From Camelus dromedarius (Eukaryota): a DNA stretch of 64,000 nt. Shown here piece after piece: positions 44,501 to 57,400 of this stretch (its first letter is position 1; each line of letters begins with the position of its first letter). The position numbers were made by a program, and so were the translations under genes. The notes beneath the pieces are model-generated. The model did not search any database, was not told the DNA's origin, and saw nothing but the letters and a program-made list of their open reading frames with translations. The DNA is taken from NCBI RefSeq assembly GCF_036321535.1, contig NC_087436.1:84446001-84510000 (forward strand). Reading direction: 5' to 3'.

Positions 44501-45418
44501 GTCCCAGGGTACAGTCTGACCTGTGTTTGTGGATTCCTTCCACAGGCTTTGGGATTGTTTTATTTCTGGTATCTGCCCCCTGGTGGATGAGGCTGGACTA
44601 GAGGCTTATGCAGGTTTCCTGGCAGGAGGAGTCAGTGCCTGCTCACTGCTAGGTGAAGCTTGGTCCTGGACCTCTGGTGGATAGGGCTGTGTCTAGAGGC
44701 ATTTTGGCTCAGGAAGTCTGCTGATGGGTAGGACTGTGTCCCCATCCAGTAGGTTGTCTGGCCTGAGGCTTCCCAGCCCTTAATCCTACAGGCTGTTGGG
44801 TGGGTCTATGTCTTGGTGCTACTGATCCAATCAAGATGGCAGCTGCCAGGAAAGCTCATGTAGATGAAGACTCCTGGCACTAGCTTTTATGTCCCCTCCT
44901 TCCTCAGGAGACCTTCCAAAACCAACAGGTAGGTATGGCCCAGGTTCCTATGAAATCACTGCCTCTGCCCTTGCACCTGGTGCACACGAGATTCTGTGTC
45001 TGCTTCCCAAGAGAATGAAGTCTCTGTTTCTCCTAGTCCCATGAGGCTCTTGAAGTTAAGCTCCACAGGCCTTCAAAACCAGATGTCCTGGGGTCTCCTC
45101 CTCCCAGTAGTGGAACCCTGGGCTGGGGAGCCTAATGTGGAGCTCAGAACTCTCACTCCTGTCGGAGGGCCTCTGTGACTTAATTATTCTTCAGCTTGTG
45201 GGTTGCCTACCTGGGCAGGTATGGGGCCTGATTATATCATGAGCACGCTCCTCCTACCATCCCACTGTTGTTCCCCCTTTAAGCTTCCGGTTGAAGGAGA
45301 TCTTTTTTGCAAAGCCCCCGTCTATTTTTCGATGGTTGGTTAGCAGTCAGTTGTGGTTCTGTCGTAGCTGTGAGAAGAGGCAAGATCATGGTCCTACTAC
45401 TCTGCCATCTTGACTGGA
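38530..45418 (-). mobile_element. Near full-length, decayed composite L1 (5'UTR-ORF1 fragment, second 5'UTR-ORF1, ORF2 with internal deletion, 3'UTR)
   Basis: 5' end carries YY1-like CAAGATGGC (45404-45412, minus strand). ORF1 coiled-coil remnants at 44012-44260 and 42896-43090; endonuclease remnants (NVNRLNA..KRHRVAE, IIVGDFNTPL) at 41411-41928; RT remnant (EKAFDKIQ...GTRQGCP) at 39900-40136; (TTTG/TTTA)n tail at ~38530-38555. Confidence 0.9.
39452..39816 (-). mobile_element. Second, younger L1 3' end inside the large L1
   Basis: Poly-T followed by aattgaagtatagtcagttat, the same 3' terminus family as 19609-19712. Confidence 0.7.
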
Positions 45419-45529
45419 AAATTGATAAGATACCCTATAAAATGCCTTGAGATTTTTCTCTTGACAAAATCTGTGTAAGCATGAGCTTGGTATAAATGGT
45501 CATTGAAAAGGAAACTCCATCAGTGCCAA

Positions 45530-48319
45530 AGATCTTGTGGGTATTTTTTATTGAAAGGTCTTTTTCCTTCAATAGTGAACATTTTACATTAAAACTTTAT
45601 ACAACCAAAATCTCAAAATAATATTAAAATCACACTAAGGTATTTTCATTGTTAAGTCTCTACTTCATTTTATTATTGATAAAAATATTGCAAGACACTT
45701 GTAACTCTAATGTTTCTGCTTTAAAATAAGCAATTAAAACTAAACGTCACAAGAAGAGACAATACATACTACAATTTGCTAATAACTGGCTAAAATGATA
45801 ATTTAATAGTAATTAATGTTGTATAAGAAACAATTGCACTTGAAAAATTAAAAAAGTAAACATAAAAACTCTAGTTTTGTATATGTAAGTCTTATGAACA
45901 GAGGTTAATCATCTGTAACCTTGCCAGAAATGTATATGTTTAAAAAAAAAAAAACTAAGCTTGCGTATTTAACATAGCAATCATTCATGTTTTTTAAGTC
46001 TTGAATTTTTTATATGCTTTACAGAACTTCCCCCATAGTTTGTTGATCAGAAAAGACTGCAACACAGCTAAAGCAAAATAACACTTCATTGGTATTTAGT
46101 GCAAATTTGGAGTAATTTTTGCATGAAATACTAAACATGTAGCCTTTAGAAGTTTTTGGAAGTTAAGTGCTGTGACTGTCATTTCCTCAGTACACTCTTA
46201 AAGATTCTGATGGAAGTTTTTTAACTGAGGTATTTCTCCTTGTGTGGGCTCAGTGGTAGGTAAGCCAGTACAGTTAACTTGTGTACCACTCTTTGTTAAT
46301 GATCTGATTTCTTCACCTGTTTTCTACCATTACTGTGATATTAGTCAGAGCTGATAGGATGAAAGAAAAAGTCCATTCAGAATAATTAATGTAGCACTGT
46401 ATTTCCAGGGCTCTAAGTGGAAAGATTCCTATTAAAAGTGTTAGTGAAGAAATCATTGAAACTAACAAATGCCTACATATCTGATTTAGAAATGAACATG
46501 AGTGTGGAAAACGTGCAGTGGAATATTAATTGCTTCTCATAGCCATAGAAATTTAAAGTTCCATTGAGTCTTAACAGTCTGAAGGACCACTATATATAGT
46601 ATTAACTCCACCTTGCAAAAAGTACAACTGTGCGCTTCACCACACGTGCCAGCTGCTACCAGGAGGCTGAGCCATCGTTTCCAGAAAGAAAATGCCTTCT
46701 GTAAGGTAAATAACTGCTGTCATCCTTTAAATAGTAGAATAACAGCACACTCTATTGAATAAGCATAAAGGAAAATGACACTAATAAAATGTGTTTTTGT
46801 AGGAGAGGATAAAAGGATGTAATTCCTTCCCTTGTACTAGGCAGAGGATTTGTACTTAGATTTTGAAGTTAGAATCTAAGAAAAGGGAAAGATGCCCAAC
46901 ACCATGAAATGTAAGTTACTACTAACAACGTGTGAGTCTGCTGTATGTGTTTCATGTAAAGCAAATTTAGGGAACATAAAAGTGAATATATGTGGCTTTC
47001 AAGTTGCCAAGTCCCTTCTTTGTAGCACATGTGTATAAAACAAGGCCACTTAAAACTCTGAGATGTTTTTAAAGGTAGCAAGGTGAATGCTCTACATTAT
47101 AAATGTTATTGAACATTTGACTTTAAATATGAATTACTTGACTGTGGTAAAGAAACTTCCCACAGGAAATCCTTAGTACAAAGGTTTCAAATCTTATCTT
47201 ACTGTTAACTTTCCCTAAAGACCTAAAGAATTTTCAGAGACAGGTAATGTCAATAGCTTCTTGTGCCTTATAATAAATGGCTGGTTTGGGGGGTTGTTTT
47301 ATTATTTTTCCTTATCATCTTTGCTGATTTGGATGAAGTGAGCCTCCCCTTCGGAGTTTTAAAAACTAGATTACACTAGAAGCAGTGTATCCTAAGGTTC
47401 TCAAACTTTCTGATATGCCAGAATTTATCTGAATAGTTTCTGCCAGAGTATACACATCTGGTCCCATCCTCACAGGATCTCTGATTGAGTAAGTCTGGGA
47501 TGGAGCCTGGACATCTTAAGAACAACTACACTAGATGGGGATGCTCAGAGACAGAGAATTTGTAGCTTCCTTTTATTTTTATTTTTATTTTAATCACTTG
47601 AAATAAAAATATTCCCTAGAAGCCAGCTGGGCCACATGGTTAACATGTTCTTAAGGAGAGTTCTGGTCTAACAGGGCCTGCAGCTCAGCAGAGGGGTAGA
47701 AGTGTGGTGGACTCACTCTCTATGTCACAGGGTCCGGCTGCGGACAAGTCATGAAAAGTGGACATGGGCACAGAGCCAGGAGCCAGACTTGTACTTGCAA
47801 TTTCCAGTTGCTTACTGCAGTCAGGAGAATGGGCATTCTTGTTTCTTTCTGTATATGACCCTTTCACTATTACTATGGAAAAAGGTAGGAATCCCCAAAG
47901 ATATGGTAAATGGTTTGGATAAAAGAAACTGGAGTAAAGAATTAAAAAACCATTACAGAGATTGGCATAAGTACCCGTTCTGAATGGTGTGTGGGTGTGC
48001 ATGTGTGGAAGGGCCACAGAATGGGTACAGCAGGCTCTTGTGAGGAATTCTTAGTCTGGAGACTTTGCTTCGTGTGGTCCCTTGGACGGAATTTTTCTCT
48101 TCAGAACTAGGAGGAGCTCAAGGCACCAGGACCTAGGGTTGTGCAAATACACTTTTTACAAGGAACACCACCAGTTCAGCTTCTAAACATTATTTTAGAG
48201 CCTATAAAACATGCTTCTTTTCCCTAGCTTGGTTTCTTTACCTCATATAAAAAATAAATAAATAAAAAGGGCAAGAGAAGAGCCAGTAACTGGCAAAAGA
48301 AATGGATAAGAGTCATTCT
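45530..48319 (-). other. CRACD: Probable CRACD 3' UTR
   Basis: Repeat-poor AT-rich sequence after the stop; minus-strand AATAAA at 45547-45552 and 45668-45673, just before the L1. Confidence 0.55.
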
Positions 48320-48480
48320 TTACTTAATAATCTGTGGACAGTCGCTCCAGGCCTTGGCTTTCCTCTTGGCCAAAGCCAGCCAGGCCGGTTCTGTTGACAC
48401 GGGTGCAGCGTCTGGCGTAGAGAACCTCTTTGTGACTTCCTTCACCAGGGGCGCTGGGGGAGCCGAATCGGAGATCTCCA
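48320..48480 (-). CDS. CRACD: CRACD last coding exon
   Basis: aatctag|TGGAGATCTCC; ends [25 protein letters not shown]. Confidence 0.93.
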
Positions 48481-51400
48481 CTAGATTGCATTTTGAGGGA
48501 AGAGCAGAAAGCAACAAGTCAGAGCCACGTTTAGATTTATCAAAGGATGAGAAGGGAAAACCCAGTGAAACACTGGGCATCTTTGGGGAGCAGAATTAGG
48601 GAAAGAAAGCTATGGGATCATAACTGTTTCATACAGAACTCCAGTGAGCACAGTGCAGTCAACTCTCATTTCAGAGAATTCCTAGAAGCCTAATTTTTTC
48701 TGTGCACAGAAGCTATGCCTGCATGATAATAACAAGTAAAGGTAAGTTCTGTGATTCTAGTCACACAACCAGTTTCATGAGGCAAAAGATCAAACGAGCA
48801 GTCTGAACTTAGTAGTTGGTGAGGTCCAAAGTTACCTCCTCTACCAAGCGTACTCTGGGTGCCTCCACCCTCTGAGGCCCATGGATCTGCCAGCTCTTAT
48901 GACTCAGTCTTTTCTACCAGTTCCTGCACATCCTATCCTATTTACTAGAACTTGGAGGCTTCATAAGCTGAGGGGTCCCATCTTATCCTTTCATACTTAG
49001 TGCCTGTGGCACAAACATGCAGAATTCAGGAAATATTGAAAAGACAGAAACTTCAGAAGGCTTGCTTTACTAAGGTGCAGCCACTCTGAACTGCATTAAC
49101 CCTTCGGTGCTTCCAAGAAATCAAACAGAGAAAGGTTGATTTCTTTGACTTTGGAGCTTTCACTATTCTGAAAGAATTTTCTCTTGACACACCCATATAA
49201 TGAATGTTTAGAACCCTTAACTCCTGGGTATAAGATCAAATGAAATAATGCCCATGGAGGGTCCTAAGAAACTGTACACTGCTCCAAAGTGGTTTTCAAA
49301 ATACAAAGTTTTTTTTTTCCCTCTTCACCAAATAGTAAATGTAGCTTTAATAGTGAAACGTCTTTACATTTCCAGACTTCAGCTAGTAGGTATCCAAGGC
49401 ATAAAAGAATCCTGGGTCTAGAGGTTGGGTGTGAGGACCAGAGTTGCCTAGCGGGGGAAACAGATGCCCTAATAACAACCTCTGGGAGGAAGCTCTCTCA
49501 GACTCTCCATCCTCCAAGGGATATATAACGAGGAAATAGCTGTAAATGTTACGGGATCATTTTATCTCTTAACAGAATAAAGAAGTTTTTTTTAAAATGT
49601 GCATATGTCTCTTATGTGGCATGAACCTATACACTGCTGTTGTTAATTAACATCAAGGACTTAGAGCAGAACAACCTTGCACTCTAAAGTCACACCTGGG
49701 TCAGCTGTCTGAAATCACATCAGTGAGAAGGGACCGCCCCACTTTTGCCCGGAGCATCGGAGCCACTTAAATCACCATGATTCAGAGAAACAGCTTCTAT
49801 TTCCAACCAGAGCAGAGCTCCAGGTAGGGGTTTTTAGATACAGATTCTGCACATTTATCTTAAGAAGGGAAACAGGGCCTTTTCCTGCTTTTCAGCTCAG
49901 AGTTGATGTCAGCTGCCTTGCTTTGAGCCTGTCAAAGCACTGCTCCATTTAAATTTTACCTAAATTTCACCCTTTCCCCCAAATCCTAATATAAGATTAG
50001 AAGGTTCTTATGGTATTCAGTCTTCCTTGCTACAAGAAGTTAATAAACCTTTTTTGATCAACTACAGACAGTGGAGTTGGAGAAGGCTCATATCACCTTG
50101 TTAAAAATTCAAGAATTTAATAAGCCACTTGATATTACATTGGTAACTTGAAATTGGCTATGGGGGCCATATTTACACCACGGAAAATGGCAAATAGTAC
50201 AAATCAGTTTCTCCGTTCCCCGAAGAGCTGAATGCTAAATGTTCATCATCACACCATTGACAGTGGAGGAGTTTCTGATCCTCTTTATCAGACGAGCTTT
50301 ATCAGTGTCAGTGTTCATGAATGGGGTTGTGAGCCTATGTTTTGAAATGCCTGAAGTGCTAGTTATTACACTAGAGAAATAAAACATGCCCTAAAGAGAA
50401 AAACCTTAAAGTACAGTTAAATAGGAATGGACCTGCTCCCTTACCTGTCACAGATGTAGGGAGAGTGTTGGCCTTTTTCAGCTGTTCCCTGCGCTCGAGC
50501 CTGGACACTGCTGTCTCTGGCTTCTTTTCTTCTGGCTGAGCGGTGGACTTGTGCAGGGAACTGCCTCTGCTGACACTGCTGCTTCCCGGCAGCAGGCTGC
50601 CACTGACCTGGGTGGGCAGAGAAAGTCACGGAAAGCCTGTTTTCAACCCAAGGACAGGGAAAGACGGACTGTGCAAGGCCTTGGAGGCTTCCACCTGCCA
50701 GCCCCCATCCTCTGCTCCCAGAGGGAGAGCTGGACCGCGTGGGGGAGCAGCGTGCGCTCAACCCTGGCCCCAGCTGTGGAGCAGCTCAGTGCAAATGTCA
50801 CAAACGGGACACTATGTACTTTGTACTTTCCTAGAAGAGCCCCACTGGACTAGCTATACAATCAGGGCCACGGAGCAAGGCTCCTAATTTCCTCTCAACT
50901 CATTACTCAAAATCATTTTCATATTTCTTATATCAGGGTTGTGTGCATGGATTCTGCTGAATCTGGTTAACCTAGGAGCATCAGGAAATCAAATCAAATT
51001 TCTAACTGAAAATGCCTCCTTGGTTTAACAGTGGTCAACTTATTTATTGCTCTATTTTCTACGTATTCTCCACCACTCCCAGCTAGCCACCCCCACCCAC
51101 CGACATTTAAAAAGAAATCCTGTGGACTCAGAGAGCCAAGCTCAGGAAGACACAGTTAAAGCTGAAGACCAGGCTACTCACGTTTTCTTTGGAGAGCTTT
51201 TCTGCCTGTTTGGCCTCCCTGGCTTGCTTCCTCTCCTCTCGAGTCGCTTGCTGCTCCCGAAATCCTTTCTGCTTTTGCAGCGCCAACGTTATCCACAGTG
51301 GCTGCGGGGTTTCAACTTTCTCCACAAGTTTGGAGCCATCTAGAGAGTGTCTGCTCTGAAGCACTGGCTTTTCTGTGGGGAAAAAGAGACTATGATATTG

Positions 51401-54400
51401 TGATATACAGTAAGAAATACATATTTGGCACAGAACTCCTAAAATCCTTGCAATTTCCTAAATGATGAGAGCATAAAGGTGTCTTTTGTTCTGTTAATGA
51501 GTGATTTTTGGAAAGCACCTCAAGATGGAGGCTGGCTGCCAGTGGAGCCAATCATCTGATTAGAGAGGGTTTAGAACTTTTAGTCCCACCTCTACCTCCG
51601 GGGAGGAGCGAGGCGCTGGAGTTTGAGTTCCATCAGCAGTTCTTGATGACTTAATTGATCATGACTATGTAATGAGGCCTCCATACAAAAAAAGGACTGG
51701 TTTGTAGAGCTGGGTTGGGAACACGTGGAGGTGCTGGGAGAGTGACTTGCTTGGAAGGCAAGGAAGCTCTAGGCCCCTTTCACATACTTTTCCCTGTGCA
51801 CCTCTTTCAGCTGGCTGTTTGAGTTATACCCTTTTATAATAAGTTGATAATCTAACAAGTAAAATATTTCCCCGAGTTGTGTAAGCTGCTCTAGTAAATT
51901 AACAGCCCGGATTTGTGATTGGCATCTAGATTAGATGCAGCCTGGTAGGACTGAGCCCTTAACCTGTGGGATCTGATGCTATCTCCGGGCAGAAAATGTC
52001 AGAACTAAATTGAATTGACACCAGCTGGTGTCAGAACTGCTTGGTGGTGTGAGAACCCAGCGGCCACTCCCTTTCAACATGCTGAAATTGAGATCATAAT
52101 CAGTAAAGACAAAAGCAGGTGTGCAGTGAAACCAACTGCTCACTCAGCTCAGTCCCTCACTTCTTAAAACTTGTGACATATTAATCAGCCCATGAAATAG
52201 TCAACTATCCCTTTCTAATGCACGCTGTACTGATGCCTGAGTGACTCCACTGGGTGGGAAAATAACATCTTCAATCAACAGAAAAAGAAAACAAGCATTC
52301 CTCTTCCCTCAAAATGGAAGAAAAAATAGTCTTCAATGTCAAAACCCTCAGGCCTACAGAGGCAGTTATTTCATTAATTGTTGTTCTTTTTAAATTGCTT
52401 TTTAATTTTTTCAGTGGGACCTTCTTCCCTCCACCAAACAAGTGGAATACCAGTATTTCAAGGAGGAAAGCGGGGCACTGCTCTGCCTAGAGGGGCTGCC
52501 AAGGACAGCAGGACTCTAAGGAGCACAGTGGGAAATGGTCCAGGGCCTCTTTGGATAGATGTGAGTACTTGGGTCCACAGCCAAGAGCAGCGCCCAGAGT
52601 CACCCAGCACTTAGTGCTGGGGCTCAAACCTGAATCTAGGACTTCGGACTCCCGGTCTGGGCTTTTCTCCTGGTGGGCTGTCTCGCCTGTGCAACTGGCG
52701 GCAACACACTTCCCAGGTGGATGTGATCAGAGGTTGTAATTGACTCTGGAATTGAGCAGACCTGGGTTTGACGTCAGAAATGCTACTTCCCTAAGCTTTC
52801 GTTTTCTAATCCATACAATGGAGATGAGAATGTCGCATGCCTCATTAGGCTGCTGTGAAGATTAAAAGAGGTCCTGGGTATAAGAACATTTAGAACAGTG
52901 CTTGGCATAAAGTGACCACTCCACAAAGGCAAGTGCTCTTGTTACTTATGTCTGTGAGACAATGATCTCTGACTAAAGGGATCCCAGGTGAAAATTACGT
53001 ACTTTTAGAGATAACTGTTCTGACACTGAATCCTTCACTGTCTCCAAGGGAAAGGGCTCGCTCTAAGTCTTGTTCTTTTGAAACCAAACAAAAGTTTACA
53101 CTTTGATGATACACCTGTTACCAATCAGGGCTCCAAGTTAACTGAACTTCATATCGAGAACCACCAAACCAGGAATTCAAGCATAAAAAAGGGCAGATTC
53201 CTCTTAATTTTCTACAACTTTTAGATCTATAATGCTGTACAAGGAGAATTCCTATTTATAATGAGTCTTGGGCATTGCAATATTCCTAATCATCAAATAA
53301 AGATTTGGTTACGATCTAACAAAGGAAAGAAAAGCAACACATTTCAGAAGTTTTTTTTAAAACTCAAACTGAAAGGAGTTTTTGATTAATCTTCAGTTAA
53401 CCAGAAAATTAAAAATATTTACCACTTAAATCATTGTGCTTAACTGAGACACCTGACATACACAGGAACTAAATGAGTTTCTTTTTTTTTTTTTTTCAAC
53501 TCAAGGGCTGGGTAACACCTGTTTGTAAAATGTCTAAAACCCAAATTGCCCAGATCTGATTTCCACTTAAAGCAGTTATGTAAGAGGGAATCATACTTGA
53601 ACTTGCTTGGGAAGGTCCTTCAAGCAACGGGCGAGTTTCCTGCCAACAACTTGGACTGGGTTTATCACAAAGGCCCAAATATCTTTAAAGCATAATTATT
53701 TACAGTTATAGTTGACTAAAATAACTTGAAAAGGTAAATCTCTAGCCAGGTTTTTATCTTCTTAGATCTGTAGCACATCCTGGAGTTACGGACCAGACTT
53801 TTAAAAAGGCTATAATGTAGTATGTGTAAAGGGCCTAACAGGTCTGGATGTAGTTGGGGATCAATAAACAGAAAACAGGATGTTAAAATGGGACTCCTGT
53901 CTGAGTTTCAGCCGGGGAAGCCCCAGGACGTCTGTAACAAATAATCAATGGCACCAGCTCCCTCATTCTGAGCAGATGTGCTCAATCACCTACTCAGGAC
54001 TGGCCTATGAGGTGGCCAAACAGCCACCTCAAGTTCATAGAAATATCAGAGCTGAGGCAAAAGCAGCCAGAGAATTTCTTTGGAAAAGACTGTTGGAGCA
54101 TGGTGTGTTCCCACATCCTCTCCCCTAGAGAGGGAAGGGGGCTAAGCCAAGGGAGAAGGTCCTCAATGAGACCACTCAGATGAACTGATGGGTCTCCTGG
54201 AGTCTGTGGGGCAAACTGCACACCTGAGGTTCTATTCACACCTGGACAAGTTCAAAGGCAAGGACAGTGTCTGCCAGGGGCCTGGAAAAGAGGCCCTTGT
54301 GCTGGGACGACACTTGTTGAGTGCTGCATGAGGTTCAGGTGCGGGCCAAGTGGGTGGCAGAGAGAGGGGCAGGGCTGCCTGGAGGAGGCACCACTGAAAT

Positions 54401-57400
54401 AGGGGAATTGCAGGAAGAGAAAGTGGCAGGTGAGGGGTCTGAGGAACACACAGAAGAATCAGCACTGTATCCCCCAAATGCAGCAAACTTCATTGCTTTA
54501 CCCCTCCCCCTTCCTTCACCCCAGCTGTGGAGCCAGTTTCTGGGCTGGAAGGAAGGGCAGAAGTGGACTGTGTCTGCGTCCCCACTATAAGCATTTCAGC
54601 CCAAAGCACGCCAAATTACAAGGGAGACACTTAGTCTGAAATATAGCTTGGAGTTTTGATTATAACACTGGAGGCAACAGATTAATTACTAACATGAGAG
54701 AGTTATCACTAAAGGTGCCTAGAGGATTTTTTACTATTAAAAGGGACTGAAAAAATATAGAAAGAACTCCTACAAATCAGCAACAACAAAACCCAATTAA
54801 AAAATGGACAAAGGATTTAAATAGATGTTTCTCCTAAGACGACATATAAATGACCCACAGCATGTGAAAAGGTGCTCATTAATCAAAACCACAATGAGCT
54901 ATCACCTCACACCTGTTAGAATGTATATTATTAAAAAAAAAACAAACCCACAAATAGCAAGTGTTGGTGAGGATGTGGAGAAATTGGAACCCTTGAGTGA
55001 CACTGGTAGGAATATAAAATGGTGCAGCCACTATGGAAAATAATCGAGTGGTTTCTCAAAAAATTAAAAATAGATTACCATATGATCCAGAAATTCCACT
55101 TCTGGGTTATTTATCCAAAATAATTGAAAGTAAAATCTAAAAAAGATATTTGCATACTCATGTTCACAGCAGCATGATTCACAATAACCAAGAGATGGAA
55201 GCAACCCAAATGTCCATCAATAGGCTTGAGAGGAACTCTGATGATACCATGGAAGCTAGTAACACAGACACTAATGTCAAAACTAAACATGGGGGTTCCG
55301 GTTCAAGACGGTGACATCAGAGGATCCTGAACTCCCCTCCTTCCACAGACACACTGAATTTACAGCCACACACAGGACAATTCCTTCTAAAACAAATCCA
55401 CAAACTAGATGAGTGACTCCTCCACATCAGGTGTACAGAAAAAAACCCACAAGGAAATGGGTAGCAGAGGCCGAGACACACACTCGCCATAAACCACATT
55501 CCCGGCACAGTGACCCACATCCAGGAGGGTTTTGGAATCAGAAAAATTGGGGTTCATATCCTAGCTCTGCTACTTAGGAGCTGCTGTTCGATCTTGAGCA
55601 AGCTGCATAAACATGGTTACCTTCGGTTTTCTCATCTGTGAGAATAAGAAAATAGCAGTTACCTTACTGAACTGTACTGAGGAGGTACACTGAGGTAATG
55701 AATGTCAAGCTCACGGCAGGCTGCTTGGTTTACAGTTAAGGCAGGCAGCACCTTCCTAGGGTAGACACCTACTGCTCCTAAGAATTGGTACAAACTTTTC
55801 AACATAGTGAGAACCCTTTCATGATTGGCAGTGGTATTTCTCAGCACACCCCATCTCATTCTAAACTCTTGCAATGCTGAACTGTTTCAAGTTCTCCAGA
55901 AGGCATCACACACTTTCTGGCTTCCAGATATTTGCCTGTAACATCCTTGCTTGTCATCGCTTGGCAAACCCCTACTTCTCTCTCATGTCATAGTTTAAAC
56001 AGAGGTTCTTCCAGAAAGTATTCCCTGACCATTGCCCTCTCCCACACCTGGGATGAATAATATTTTTGTTTCATTTCACAGCCCCTGCACTTGGCTGAAT
56101 TTCTGTTATCACACTGAATTGTAACTGTGTCTAGAAGAAGGTACAAGAGCAGGTAACACTGTGTCATGTTACCTGTTGTATCTCCAGTGCCAGCCACCAT
56201 TTCTGACTCTGAAGGGGCAAACAACAAACAAACAAGAAATAAAGTGTCACTATGCCCCACTGTCTCCTTATTAAAAAAAAAAAAAAAAAGAGAGAGAGAG
56301 AGAGAAGGCTTAAAGCTGCCCTTAAAAAACCTAAGGGGAGAATTTCTCTGAGAAATGTAACTTCCTGGGCTACGACCCACACCTGACCAACTAATCTGCA
56401 AAACAGAAAAGAAAAAGTATCAGATGAATGTTCTCAGGGGCACCAAAGCCAATCTAAGTGATGGCCGAGCTGCCCCAAACACGCAGTATGAAGAAACACA
56501 AGGGGCAGCCAGGAGTAAAGGTTGCTCTACCATGTTGTTATCGGAGGGCATCACGGTGGAAAGCTGATGCGTGGGGGATGCACAGGCAGAGTGTTGTGCA
56601 TAAAAGTGAGACCAAGCTGATTATGCACACCTAGGCTCCCTGGGCGGATACAGCCATCAACAGCCCCCTAACTTCCCACCTCGGTGCAGCTACTGCCAAG
56701 AGACAGCACAGACACTGGTCTAGGAAACTCCAGTCTTTACGTAACTGCATGGACCCCTCATCAAGATTAATGACATCTGCATTGATCCAGACCACATTTC
56801 AACTTCCATTGTCAAGTGAAAGCGTATCATTCTGTGTTACTACTTGTGTAAGGAAGGATCATTAATGGGAGTCGGCCACTTAAGAGAGTCAGTCCACAGC
56901 TGTAAAGAGAAGTAAAGCTTTTCCCTATGACTCACAAGTGAGGGCCCTTGGGGAATGGCGCACCAGCCTCTAATGAAGGGAAGTGCCCCAACATCAGCTC
57001 TGTGGGCTACTCCCAGGCCTGGGCAGCTCTGGCTTTAGCTGTGACACAGACAACCGGCTGAATAGGAGCAGAATTTTGCAACCTACAGCTACGCACCTTT
57101 CCTCCCGGCTTCAGGGGTCAGAGAAGGCTTCTCTTGCTGGGCTGCAGTAGGAGCCAGGGAAGCTGGTCTCCTCTCTGTTTCCATTTCTTCCTCCTCATCC
57201 CACTTCTGCCGCTTCCTCTCCTCAGGGGGTGGGGGAGACAGTGGCCGGGGGTCACCGCTGTCCTGGCCCTCCTTGCATGGCTCATTGGGCTCTGGGTCTG
57301 GCTTCCCGATCCGGCGAGCCAGCAGCTCTACCAAGTAGGGCCGGCTCACTTTGGAGAGTGGGGAGGACGGTGGGGTCTGACCTGTGGGCTTTGGAGCCAG

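Noticed and set aside
39900..44543. Active L1 or a domesticated L1-derived gene
   Set aside because: ORF1 and ORF2 are broken into short frames by many stops and frameshifts, and part of ORF2 is missing.
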